A DNA stretch of 63,086 bases, counting the filler, from Octopus bimaculoides (Eukaryota): assembly GCF_001194135.2 (NCBI RefSeq). It is 5 parts of 5 records of this genome, joined end to end, with 100 filler letters (N's around TTAATTAATTAA, not from the genome) between each part and the next. Parts side by side here need not be neighbours in the genome. Positions count along the whole stretch, not along the records: positions 43,950 to 61,238 come from NC_068984.1; positions 61,339 to 63,086 come from NC_068995.1; 3 more parts are not named here. One strand, written 5' to 3'. Shown piece by piece: positions 51,361 to 63,086 of this stretch (position 1 is its first letter; every line of letters begins with the position of its first letter). The translations under genes and the position numbers were made by a program. The notes under the pieces are model-generated. The model searched no databases. It saw nothing but the letters and a program-made list of their open reading frames with translations, and was not told the origin of the DNA.

Positions 51361-51962
51361 TTCGTGCTTGTGTGCGTGCTTTGGCGACTGAATGCCTAAG
51401 AAGTTCACTTCGTGGTTCATGAAATCCCGGGTTCGACCTCACTACATGGAATATTGAACAAGTTTTTTTTTTTTTACCCTAGTCTTGGGTCTACCCACAC
51501 CTAGTGAGTGAAACTGGGTAAATGAGAATTATGATGAGGTCCCTTCAGAAGGTTTTCGCTTGTAATTTAAGATCTTGCTTTATCAGACACTGTATGACAT
51601 GGATTCTACCAGAGAATTATGTTTAAGGGTACACATATCTGGAAATGCGCAATCACTTAGAACGCCAATGAGCAGGTAGTTCATTTGATCGGACAATTGA
51701 TTACTCATAGTCGCAACCGACGGAGATCCATTTACAGTTGATACGATATAGAACAGAAATTCCAACGTCACTTTTGTGTATTATCATTTTATCACAATGG
51801 CAGTATTGAAACACCCATAGAGGGACAATTTATTTACTTATTGCAAGGATATTTGCAATTAAGTGCAGTCTGGAGTTGCATAAACAAAGAAACTATCCAT
51901 GTCCACTGGTTCTGATTGTTCATTGGTTTATGCAGCTCGGTCCAATGAAGAAACCTCTACAT

Positions 51963-52251
51963 CAGTGGTTCTCAACCATTTTTTGCCCAGTGGATCTCCA
52001 TAGCCATTCGATGTTTAAAAATTAGCTTTATAGACTCCTTACAAAATTCCTATTTTGTCTATCATACATTCACTTGTGTAGGATGAAATGCATAAAACAG
52101 CAGAGAAAGAAACCTTGATGCTAAGGCGAAATTTTTTCATGAAACCATAAAATACTACTAGGTGTCTTCAATTTACTCTTTTGCTTGTGGGGCCCACCAA
52201 AATCTTATATGGACCACAAGGGGTCATATGGACCCCAGTTGAGAACCACTG
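51963..52251. mobile_element. hAT-Charlie-type MITE, intact
   Basis: 14-bp perfect TIR CAGTGGTTCTCAAC / GTTGAGAACCACTG; perfect 8-bp TSD CTCTACAT (51955-62, 52252-59). Confidence 0.95.
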
Positions 52252-53223
52252 CTCTACATGGTCCCCTAATCTGCTGGAAGTGGAGGACAAATATCCTTTA
52301 AAGTACATTCTATAATCTTAATAAAGGACACATTGGAGGAATTTTGTTAGAAGTACACTTTGCCTGAAAAAATAAAGAAAAAACTGGATGTGTATAGAAG
52401 AAATATCGTTCTACAATGGACATGTTGTTCATAGCAGAAAAGCATTGAACAGTATGTTTATGGTCGGCTAGAGGTCGGCTAGATGAGGACCGACGAGACG
52501 ATAACCAGCAATAACATCATTTAGATACAAATGATGTTTCATCTAGCTGATCCATATAATGATATTCCCACCAATCAGACAGACGAGAGTTAGGTTGTGG
52601 AGAAGAACAAAAAAGGGACAAAGCAAAGAAGCTGCTCAAAAATTGACTGGTGCCTAATGACGATGATCAAGAGTTATCAGTCGCTGGAGAAACACAATGA
52701 GAAAGATTACTGATAATCGTGCGTGACTTTCGCGTGTGCTACATGATCCAGGATCCTGTCAGTCTAAATCAGTCATGGACAAACTGGGTCCTGCAGGTCT
52801 TTCTTAATGGTAAACCGAAGGAAAATTTACCTTGGAATCTTTTTAGTTGTGCGACCGGCTTCTCAAAAAAAAAAAGTTGCCCATGTCTGGATTTACATAG
52901 ATTTAGACACTAAATCTAAGTAAATTTATTTAAATTCAATTAGATAAGTGGTGACAAAAAATATGTGAATCTTTGCTGAACCAGGTTAGGCGGAATATTA
53001 ACGGCATCATTCTCACCCGTTCCAGACAGCTTGTGAAGGCAAGTAAAAAGAAGACCCAGCAAGTAAAAAGAAAACAAGGAGTTCATCATGTGAACACCTT
53101 CGAATTGTAATTGTCGTTTAGCACCAAATCAATTAATCATTTAGTAGGCCTATGTTCAAGGGCACTCCAACTATGTTTCATTCATTTTTCTTTTTTTGAC
53201 AAAAAGGGTTGATTTAAGGGAGC

Positions 53224-53278
<55 letters not shown>

Positions 53279-54227
53279 GTGGGGAGAGAGAATTGGCTGT
53301 TTACATTCAGGCTCCATCGATGACTTGTCTTCATAATTCTTGTGCACGTTTGTTAGGAATCGATGCAATTTTTATTGGCTGAATTATAAGAATGAGGAAA
53401 AAAAAAGCGAACCAGAATAGACAACTACAAGTAATATATTGTATACACCTCTAATCTTTACTATACAAACAGGAATTATCCATTAAATCAGAAATAAAAA
53501 TGTTTTCTTTTTCTCTTTTAGCACACACGTGCTGAAACACATACACACACAGAAACACATGCATATACACAGATACACACGCACATACATACACACACTC
53601 ATACGCACGCATACTTACGCGCGCGCACGTTCTCCTTATATTTATATACAAACAGAAGTGCGTGCCTGAACATATATTATGTAATATGATATATGTTGTT
53701 ATGATGATATAATACAGAATAGACATTATTTCTGATCATCTAAATATAATTGTTTTATAAATGTCAAGTTCTATTTTCCATATCTGTGTTTCCTATTGTT
53801 GAAGTAATAAGTCGTACATATGCACTCTCTCTGTGATACCAGCCCCATGGTATCAGCATCATATTTAGTTGCTCTTCTCATAAAATAAAATATTGCGTTG
53901 GAAGAAAATAACTAATAAACATTGGTTATTTGTATTTGGTATTCAAATCAAAGAAATTGAATGTCGTCATTCTCAACTTTAAATAAGAATATTTATGTAA
54001 CTTACCACAAAGATATCTTTGTTATATTTTAGTCCTAACATCGAGCAGACCTATGATCAAAGTTATTCTAACCAAGATAAAAATATCCAGTGGGTTGATT
54101 ATTTAAAACGGAGAGGTGTAATTCGAGGAGATTTCACTGTCATTTCTACTAGGTCAGGCAAATACGTAGGGGTTGGAAGAATGAAAGGTAAAGTCAACTC
54201 AAGCATAATTTAAATCCAGAATGTAGA

Positions 54228-54626
54228 AGGCGAAGGAGTGGCAGTGTGGTAAGTAGCTTGCTTACCAGCCACATGGTTCCGGGTTCAGTCCCACTGCGTG
54301 GCACCTTGGGCAAGTGTCTTCTACTATAGCCTCGGGCCGACCAAAGACTTGTGAGTGGATTTGGTAGGCGGAAACTGAAAGAAGCCCGTCGTATATATGC
54401 ATATATGTGTGTTTGTGTGTCTGTGTTTGCCTCCCCCAACCATCGCTTGACAACCGATGCTGGTGTGTTTACGTCCCCGTAACTTAGCGGTTCGGCAAAA
54501 AGAGACCGATAGAATAAGTACTAGGCTTACAAAGAATAAGCCCTGGGGTCTATTAACTCGACTAAAGACGGTGCTCCAGCATGGCCACAGTCAAATGACT
54601 GAAACAAGTAAAAGAGTAAAAGAGTA
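54228..54626 (+). mobile_element. SINE family A, full-length copy
   Basis: Complete head through GAAACAAGTAAAAGAGTAAAAGAGT tail. Confidence 0.9.
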
Positions 54627-54950
54627 AGGCTGAAAATAAATATCGTAAGATACAGAGGCATTTCACTATTGTTTTTTTTCTTTTTTTCTAATTCTCAGTT
54701 ATTAGATAAAAACAAAATTGATCTCATTTTACTTAAAACAAATTTTGGGTGGGGTGACAAACAACATTGGCTTTGAACTCAGACTGTAAATTAGAAAAGC
54801 AGATACCGCGATATATTTAACTTGGTAATGCGATTAAATTGTACCTAATTTTTTAAAACTCACATTTAAAGTTTCTTTACATCTACATCTACTCTATATG
54901 TCAGTCTCCTAATGTCAGCAGTCTTATGTTTGGTAATATACGTAATACCA

Positions 54951-55166
54951 AAGGGCAGTGAACTAGGAGAATCGTTAACACGCCGGACAAAATGATTTGC
55001 GGTTATTTCTTCCGGTTTTACGTTCTCAGTTCAAATTCCGCAGTGGTCGACTTTGCCTTTTATCCATTCGGGGTCGATGAAATAGATACCAACTGAGCAC
55101 TAGGATCGATATAATCAACTTAACCCCTTCCTTAAAATTCCTGGCCTTGTATCTAGAAAAGAAAGA
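54951..55166 (+). mobile_element. SINE family B, full copy
   Basis: GAATCGTTAACACGCCGG...GTTCAAATTCCG...GTCGACTTTGCCTTT...GGGGTCGATGAAATAG...GGCCTTGT. Confidence 0.85.
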
Positions 55167-55336
55167 AAACTGTACATCATACCAGACTGGAATCGCACAG
55201 TAGTCCTTTATTTCTAAACTAAGAGTAGTCACGCTCTTGCACAACACTTCCATAGCCTGTTCATAATGGGTTACACGGTACCATTTTTGTTTCACCTTTT
55301 ACGAAGTATAATGACTTTCGTAACTGTTCAAAATAT

Positions 55337-55727
55337 GTTGTTGTTGTTGGTACTCCGTCGCTTACGACGTCGAGGGTTCCAGTTGATCCGATCAACGGAA
55401 CAGCTTGCTCGTGAAATTAACGTGCAAGTGGCTAAGCGCTCCACAGACACGTGTACCCTTAACGTAGTTCTAGGGGATATTCAGCATGACACAGTGTGAC
55501 AAGGCTGACCCTTTGAATTACAGGCACAACAGAAACAGGAAGTAAGAGTGAGAGAAAGTTGTGGTGAAAGAGTACAGAAGGCTTCGCCACCATCCCCTGC
55601 CGGAGCCTCGTGGAGCTTTTAGGTGTTTTCGCTCAATAAACACTCACAATGCCCGGTCTGGGAATCGAAACCGCGATCCTATGACCGCGAGTCCGCTGCC
55701 TTAACCACTGGGCCATTGCGCCTCCAC
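55337..55727 (-). mobile_element. SINE family C, full copy
   Basis: (GTT)n tail through CCATTGCGCCTCCAC head. Confidence 0.9.
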
Positions 55728-56519
55728 TGTACAAAATATATGTAAGCTGTAACAAACTTTATAGCTACCAGAGCATTCAGAGTCAGTTTGATAGGGCTGT
55801 GAAATAATAGGTAAAAAAAAAATTTCTAATACTCTACACAGTTTTATACTGTAGCAAACTGTACCCATGACATCATTATACATGAGGAAAGAAAGTGTAA
55901 ATATAAATGAGCAAATCCTTTACAGGTTCCTTGTTGGAACCGGAAGGTAAAATGCTTCAAAATCATCGAGAAAATTCTTCACTTGCTCGTTTACGTCTAT
56001 GTTGAAAATGAACTGATCAAATTCTATGAAGAAATAGTAAAGAGGATATTGTTTCATTTGAATTTTAAATAATTGCTGATGAATGTAATGACATAAAATG
56101 GGAAAGATCAGTTGTCATTTTGGTGTAAATTTTGTCGACACAACTAAATCTAATAATATTTCTTGCCGTAACAATCAAGTAAATCGGATGTGGTTTCTAT
56201 TGCCAATGCAACCGTTTATAAGTTTGGGTTAAATGTAGAAAAAAAAAAGCTATAAGCATATGAAGGTTGCTCTACAATGGCAGGAAAGGAAAGTGGAGTG
56301 CAAGATAAAATAAATAATAAATATAATTAAATCTGCATTTGTTCATTGTGCCGCACATAAACTAAATCTCATTGCAAATGGTCTTACTGAAGTTCATGAA
56401 ATAAGGGATTTTGTTAGTACAGTTTAAATAACATAAATTTTTCCTTGAGAGTTAAAAGAGATGCCTTTGTCCAAATGTATCATTACCATATATAAAACAT
56501 CAATAGCATAATTAGAAAG

Positions 56520-56681
56520 TGTGCCGCTGTGCCGCCCAGGGCAGACCTTGAGTTTGCTGCTCCCCGCACCTTCTACGTGTTTATACAGCAGACCCAAAAG
56601 TGCCACGGCCATAGAAGTACCGCCCGAGATATACCATGCCCATATACCACCCTACTACGCTACTACCCTGCTACGCTACTG
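56520..56681. mobile_element. GC-rich hAT-like terminus
   Basis: GCCGCCC subterminal motifs, ending CTACGCTACTG (reverse complement CAGTAGCGTAG). CTACGCTACT is doubled. No matching opposite end was seen. Confidence 0.4.
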
Positions 56682-56735
56682 TGAAACTCATTGGACTGTA
56701 AATTATTAAAACACTAGAAATTCTTTCCATTAACT

Positions 56736-57552
56736 GTGAAAGCTTTTCGATCAGTTGTGTATACAGTTTCAAATAAAACACGCCAAGAAACTCATCAGTT
56801 GGAGTGTGCTTCAAGTACAGTAACTTTTCTCGTCTGTCTAATTATAATTTCAACCTATTCAGCACGACTGGAATCTGTAACACAAGCTCTCCACGCTGTT
56901 CAACTTGATGTAATAGAAGTTTATAAACACGTCCAGGAATTCTTAAGTGTTTTCTGTGGTCACAGACAAAAAGCAGAAGAATAATTTAATGCAATTCGTT
57001 CGAAAGTCGAACGACTGACAGAAAAATTGGACATAGAGTTAATTCTTACCGAGTTTGTAGCCGACGGAAATTGCATTTCAATGTTGATAGCTCATCTATA
57101 GAGAAATATTTTCGTAGACTAGTCTAAGCGCTATATTTACATTCCATAATATCGTCCCTGAAAAGTCGATGTGCTGCAGATAATTTGCAAACTTTTAGCT
57201 TCTATTCATTTCATCCTCTACAAGTAGCGAAGCTTATGAAGGAAGTTAAGCAGATTGCCAAGATCCTTGAACAATAAATAACTTGAGCACTTAGAATCTG
57301 AAACAGTCACTTGGTTTGAAATCTGGCGAGGAAGACAGAAACAAAACGATGATTGTGAAGACGGACTTCAGACTTCAGTCAAAAATACTGAACCATTTCC
57401 TTCTGTATGACAGATTATTATTATTGCTCTAACATAACCCGCATCAACTTGCACAGTGGAGAATAGTAAGAAAAGAGCGAAAAACCTAGGTTAAGATTAA
57501 CAATGGCTGATAAATTTTCATCTGGACTGAGCATCATGAGTGTTCAACGATC
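56736..57552 (+). mobile_element. hAT (ZMYM1/P52rIPK-like) transposase C-terminal pseudogene incl. dimerisation domain
   Basis: TFLVCLIIISTYSARLESVTQALHAVQLDVIEV...EKYFRR...YLHSIISSLKSR...FPSV*QIIIIALT*PASTCTVENS...KRAK...LRLTM...GLSIMSV. Confidence 0.75.
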
Positions 57553-57978
57553 AATAGTTTTTGAAAGCAAACTTGAACTCATAAAAATAAATAAATAAAA
57601 TAACATTTCTAGTTTTTGTTCCATGATAGCTCTAATAAGCACGAAGCAGATAACTATGTAAACAAAGCGTTTTTTTTTTTGTTTTTGTCTTGTTTTTCAT
57701 TGTTTTGCATCTCCCTATTTTTACATGCCGGTATTTATAGATTTTGCTCCTAAGAACTTAGAGGAACTTCCTCTCCAATCTCAATCTAGTAAAACCCGTG
57801 GAACACTCTGTTCGTTTAATATATAATACAGTTCTCTTTCATTTACACACCAGAATAAAACATTCATATTCTTGTGTAGTGTCGTGTCTTTTATTTTGAA
57901 TACATTTCAATATTTCATCGCTATTTTGTAAATGCAGCTTATATAATATTTTGATCAATAATCAGTATCTGATGCTTT

Positions 57979-58123
57979 ATTTATTTCAGTCATTCAACTT
58001 CGGCCATACTGGAGTACCGTTTTGAAGGGTTTTAGTCAAACAAATCGACCTCAGTACTTATTATTTTTAAGCCTGGTACTTCTTCTATTGGTTTCTTTTA
58101 CCTAACCGCTAAGTTACAGGGGA

Positions 58124-58167
<44 letters not shown>

Positions 58168-58328
58168 ATTCATATATGTACGATGGGCTGCTTTTCAGTT
58201 TTCGTCAGCCAAATTCACTGACAAATTTTTGATCAGAAGTTATAGCTGAAGGCACTTGCCCAAGGGGCTCAAATCAGAAGCATGAGGTTGGAAAGCAAAA
58301 TTCTTACCACAAAATCACACATGCGCCT
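57979..58328 (-). mobile_element. SINE family A, diverged copy
   Basis: TTTCAGTCATT...ACCGCTAAGTTAC...(CA)n...CACTTGCCCAAGG...CTTACCAC...GCGCCT. Confidence 0.7.
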
Positions 58329-59419
58329 ATATGTAATTCTAATTATTTTAGCCTTTTATTTTATTTTGGTCTTTAAGAGATATGCTTCAGCCTTCTTGTA
58401 GCCTGATTTATGTAAAAAAAAAAAAATAATGATATCATTCAAAATCATAAATATCAACCGTGGTTACTCTATACGTAACTGCTGTTTTCTGTGCTAATGA
58501 AATAAATTTTGTCTGCTGTTGCTAACACCAGTCTGGTATTGCAATGAATACATTTTCATGATAAGTTAACACAATAGTTTTATATACATATACATACATA
58601 CATACATACATATATATATATATATCACAACAATATCATATCACCAATGTATGTAAGCTTAAATGAGATACATTAAATACTATTTAACCTATGTTGGTGT
58701 GAGAGACATTTAGCTGGCATACCAATATATTCTATTCTTCCTTTTTAAAATATCGACTGATAACGCTAGCTGTTCCTTTGGTTAGTGGAAAGAAATTATC
58801 GATCGATGTGTCCTGATAAATATGTAATTATATTTACATCTGCTTTGAGGAATATATTTTCAAGTTCTTAAACTCTGTTTCATGTTTTATCACCAAGACA
58901 ATGTCGCGGTCCAAAGTGTCTTATTTATCATAAATGATTTATGGAACACTTTTGTGATAACTTGCCACAAAAGTTTATATCGGGCACTTGCATGTCTAAT
59001 AATTTTCCTCTGTGTACCTATGGTGTGTGTGTGTGTTATGGGATTTCTCACAAAGGAAAAATATTTTATCTGACCTTTAATTTCGGGATACGTTCTGTAA
59101 TTTCGCCATTACGGAAACTCGGATAATTTTTTAACAATTTAAAAACTACACTTTCTTCTTAAATGAAAGGCCTCTTCTCAATGTTTTAGCTAAGATCAAA
59201 CTAGTTAACAATTTGAAAGACGCACGTGCATACATACATACATACATACATACATGTGTAAGTGTGTGTGTGCGCGCGTGTATGTGTATGTGTGTGTGTG
59301 TGTGTGTGTGCATTGCGTGCGTGTGTATGCGCATGCGTTACTATAAACTAAGTCTGAGGTGGAATTTTTCACTGACCATTTGTGTGAGTGCGTGCGTCTA
59401 TATTTCCTTGGATCATAAT

Positions 59420-59432
59420 GAATATCTATCTA

Positions 59433-59482
<50 letters not shown>

Positions 59483-59502
59483 ATCTATCTATCTATCTAA
59501 TC

Positions 59503-59565
<63 letters not shown>

Positions 59566-59570
59566 ATCTA
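59420..59570. repeat. (TATC)n microsatellite
   Basis: Seen directly. Confidence 0.95.
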
Positions 59571-60229
59571 AAATAAAAGACAAGCACACGAGATATTTTT
59601 GTATCCTAGCGTATTTTAAAAAATTGGATGAAATGTTTTTGATGTTAAAGCAATGAAGATTGACTTGTGAGTAAACAACGACAGTACAATTAACTGCGTC
59701 TACCAACAATACTCCCACCATCACCATCGCCACCATCGCCTATAGCAAGGCCAATGCAACCAATACCACTACCACTATCAATCTACCAACTTTTGAATAA
59801 CATGCAACAATAATAATGTCTGTATGATAGCAATGCCTGTAGCTTCATATGCTGTGTGTCAGCACAACATTGTATGTGTGCATGTTTGTGCGAGTGTGTG
59901 TGTGTGTGTATGTGTGTGTGTGTGTGCGTGCGTGCATGCGTGTGAGTAGAGTGTAGAGTTTTATGTATCAAATCAGAAACTCTAAATATGAAATGTCCGT
60001 GAAGCTTGTAACCAATAACTATAACCATGCAGTACTCCTGACCAGCCCGTTACTTCACTCTCATATTATTGTTACTGTTGGTGATGGCTATTGAAGTATT
60101 ACGGGGGTTGGTAATGGCGGCGGTTGTATTGATTTTGGTGTTGTTAGTGGTTGTGCTAACGTTGATGAAGGTCTGTTATGTATATAATATAATATAATAT
60201 ATAATATAATATATAATATAATAATAATA

Positions 60230-60690
60230 AGGTGTAGGAGTGGCTGTGTGGTAAGTAGCTTGCTTACCAACCACATGGTTCCGGGGTCAGTCCCACTGCG
60301 TGGCACCTTGCGCAAGTGTCTTCTACTATAGCCTCGGGCCAACCAAANNNNNNNNNNGCAAGTGTCTTCTACTATAGCCTCGGGCCAACCAAAGCCTTGT
60401 GAGTGGATTTGGTAGACGGAAACTGAAAGAAGCCCGTCGTATATATGTATATATATATATATATGTGTGTGTATGTGTGCGTATATGTTTGTGTGCCTGT
60501 GTTTGTTCCCCTAACATTGCTTGACAACCGATGCTGGTGTGTTTACGTCCCCGTAACTTAGCGGTTCGGCAAAAGAGACCGATAGAATAAGTACTAGGCT
60601 TACAAAGAATAAGTCCTGGGGTCATTTGCGCGACTAAAGGCGGTGCTCCAGCATGGCCACAGTCAAATAACTGAAACAAGTAAAGAGAAA
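60230..60690 (+). mobile_element. SINE family A, full copy with a small gap and duplicated overlap
   Basis: Matches the other copies; GCAAGTGTCTTCTACTATAGCCTCGGGCCAACCAAA occurs on both sides of an 11-N gap. Confidence 0.85.
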
Positions 60691-60944
60691 GATATATATN
60701 NNNNNNNNNNNNNNNNNNNNNNNNNNNNNNNNNNNNTATATATATATATATATATATGTGCATGTATGTAAACACACACACACGCATCCGGTATCTGTAA
60801 TTGAAATAGCATTAAATGAAAATAGCTGGTCGTTGGTGGGGCGACTTGTGTCTCCTGATATTCATCTCGGGATGAATACTGTAGTAACTGGCCTATTAGC
60901 AGTGTACATACATTAAGTATAGTACATAGACGAATGTGTGTGTG

Positions 60945-61200
60945 TGTGAAGGCGTGCAAGATCGTGATTTCGATTTCCAGTTCAGTGGTGTGTTGCGTTC
61001 TTGAGCAAAACACTTTATTTCCCATTGCTCTAGTCCACTCAGCCTTATAATGGTAACCTTGCGACCTGGCTGGCGTCTTGTTCAGAGCAAAAGTTGGCCT
61101 ACTCGCCCAGCCAACGGGCGGAGATTCGAAGGCAAAACCATGCGATGAAAAGCGTTGTGAACAGCGGTATATAATAACATCCGATAGCCTGGTCGATACA
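60945..61200 (+). mobile_element. CORE-type SINE remnant
   Basis: CTTGAGCAAAACACTTTATTTC...GTCCACTCAGC resembles the invertebrate CORE domain (from memory). A related reversed remnant lies at about 21345-21595. Confidence 0.55.
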
Positions 61201-61201
61201 A

Positions 61202-61238
<37 letters not shown>

Positions 61239-62091
61239 NNNNNNNNNNNNNNNNNNNNNNNNNNNNNNNNNNNNNNNNNNNNTTAATTAATTAANNNNNN
61301 NNNNNNNNNNNNNNNNNNNNNNNNNNNNNNNNNNNNNNATATACATATACATACATATATGACGACATACATTTGTATGTATGTATGTATATTCTACGAC
61401 AGAGATTGTTTCACGCAATATTATCGTTATTGGTATTACAAAAGAAAAGAAGAAAAGGAAACTGATGAATAATTTAATAGAGAAACACATTTATGAAAAC
61501 ATGCACTCTTATTAACAACAATAACAACACCAATAAGCATTGCAACAACAACAACAACAACAACAACGACAATAATAAATACATCTACAACAGCAAGAAT
61601 AACAACAACTATAATAGAATATTGAAATAAACTGACACGGTTTTGAAAGCTAAATTAAAAATTTATCAAAAAGACTCAGCAAAATTAGTTTGTTTGTGAT
61701 GTCGGGAAAGAAGGAAAATGTTGAGTTGTGGCCTTCATATCTTCTTTTTTTTTTAAATCGGCAATTCAGAATTGAAAATGAATTTCTACCTTCACTGGCC
61801 ATAAATTAACATTTTATTGATGTGTTTAGAGATTAAATNNNNNNNNNNNNNNNNNNNNNNNNNNNNNNNNNNNNNNNNNNNNNNNNNNNNNNNNNNNNNN
61901 NNNNNNNNNNNNNNNNNNNNNNNNNNNNNNNNNNNNNNNNNNNNNNNNNNNNNNNNNNNNNNNNNNNNNNNNNNNNNNNNNNNNNNNNNNNNNNNNNNNN
62001 NNNNNNNNNNNNNNNNNNNNNNNNNNNNNNNNNNNNNNNNNNNNNNNNNNNNNNNNNNNNNNNNTGTGTGTGTGTGTGTCTGCGTGTGTCA

Positions 62092-62270
62092 TTGTGTCTG
62101 GTTTTGTTCCCCACTGCCACTTGACACTCGGTGTTGGTGTGTTTACGTCCCTGTAACTTAGCGGTTACAAAAAAAAATACTGGACTGCATTCATTCGACT
62201 AAAAACTCCTCAAAGCAGTGCTTCAGCATGGCCACAGTCCAATAACTGAAACAAGTAAAAGATAAAAGAT
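62092..62270 (+). mobile_element. SINE family A, 3' half
   Basis: GTGTGTTTACGTCCCTGTAACTTAGCGG...CAGCATGGCCACAGTCC...GAAACAAGTAAAAGAT. Confidence 0.75.
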
Positions 62271-62428
62271 TATATTCTATCTGTTCAAGGTTGATTAGCA
62301 TTTCTTATCTTAATACGCAGATTCGAACGCAGATACGCTAATCACTGTTGTGCACGTCACAAGAGAACAACTCACTTTTGCGACGACAATATGTTCATAG
62401 CACACTCGGCTTATTGCTGCAAGGTGTT

Positions 62429-62473
62429 CTCGAGCACCAGTGTTTCGACATGCTGTGTCTCATCAGCCAGAAG
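62429..62473 (-). ncRNA. Degenerate hammerhead motif (G at position 17)
   Basis: Minus strand CUUCUGG-CUGAUGA-GACA-CAGCA-UGUC-GAA-AC-ACUG-GU-G-CUCGAG. Core and stem II are perfect, the triplet is GUG (non-cleavable) and stem I is imperfect. Confidence 0.45.
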
Positions 62474-63034
62474 TACCTTCGAACCTTTGAAGTCTAAACA
62501 AGCCACGGGCTTTGTTTATAATTTCAGCAAACAAACTGTTTGCTGATCACTGGTGGTATCTACCAACCGGTATTAAATCGCTATTTGCACTGTGTACAGC
62601 GTGATCTGAAACGATGATTTACATATTTATTCTTAATACGCTCTGGCAGATTCCAAAAGTTGTATGCCAGAGGCTTTAATGTAAGCCATAGTATATTTTC
62701 ATTCGAAACAGCCGAAAAATATCAAGAATAAATACGAAAATCATCGTTTTAGATCTTGAGGTTCAAAGTATAAAAAAATAATCCTTCTAATTTAAATATA
62801 TATATATATTCATTTAATTATATTGTATTTTTATACTTCCAGTTGATTTTAGCATGTTTTTTTTATTCATTTTCATTTCCCAGAATTATATTTTGTAACT
62901 GTTTTATTCCAATGAATATGTTAATTATTTTATACAAATGAGGATGTTAATCGCCAAGCAATAATAATTACTTTTTTTCTAGTAATAATATATGCATACC
63001 TTTATGTCTCTCTCTCTGTCTCCCTCAACCTCTC

Positions 63035-63086
<52 letters not shown>

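Noticed and set aside
52719-52913. QVFLNGKPK resembling the CAP-Gly RVWVNGNKPG motif
   Set aside because: The rest of the CAP-Gly consensus (GETQF, WAG, GKNDG) is absent and the splice sites are poor.
60311-60393. Tandem duplication inside a SINE
   Set aside because: The identical overlap lies on both sides of an 11-N gap, most likely unmerged contig ends.

Overview
AT-rich, microsatellite-saturated animal genomic DNA with many assembly gaps. The repeat families and texture suggest an octopod cephalopod draft assembly (inference). Only one host coding exon is well supported: a 112-nt + strand exon (38802-38913) encoding a basic, Ser/Pro-rich N-terminus resembling CLIP-170/CLIP1. No CAP-Gly exon is visible downstream, so the rest is probably intronic or intergenic. 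The window holds at least four tRNA-derived SINE families and decayed DNA transposons (maT/DD37D, mariner, piggyBac, hAT, Helitron, a Charlie-type MITE with a perfect TSD). It also holds a Dong/R4 LINE tail inside an (AAT)n tract and several Penelope-like element (PLE) remnants. The most notable signal is a set of PLE-type minimal hammerhead ribozyme motifs. One is structurally complete (49604-49665), one lies in a ~220-bp palindrome, and one forms the tail of a tRNA-headed SINE present as an inverted pair flanked by a 13-bp direct repeat. Almost all long ORFs in the supplied track are microsatellite or N-gap artefacts. An Illumina adapter remnant and four artificial TTAATTAATTAA gap linkers are present. 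All alignments were done by eye; no searches were run.
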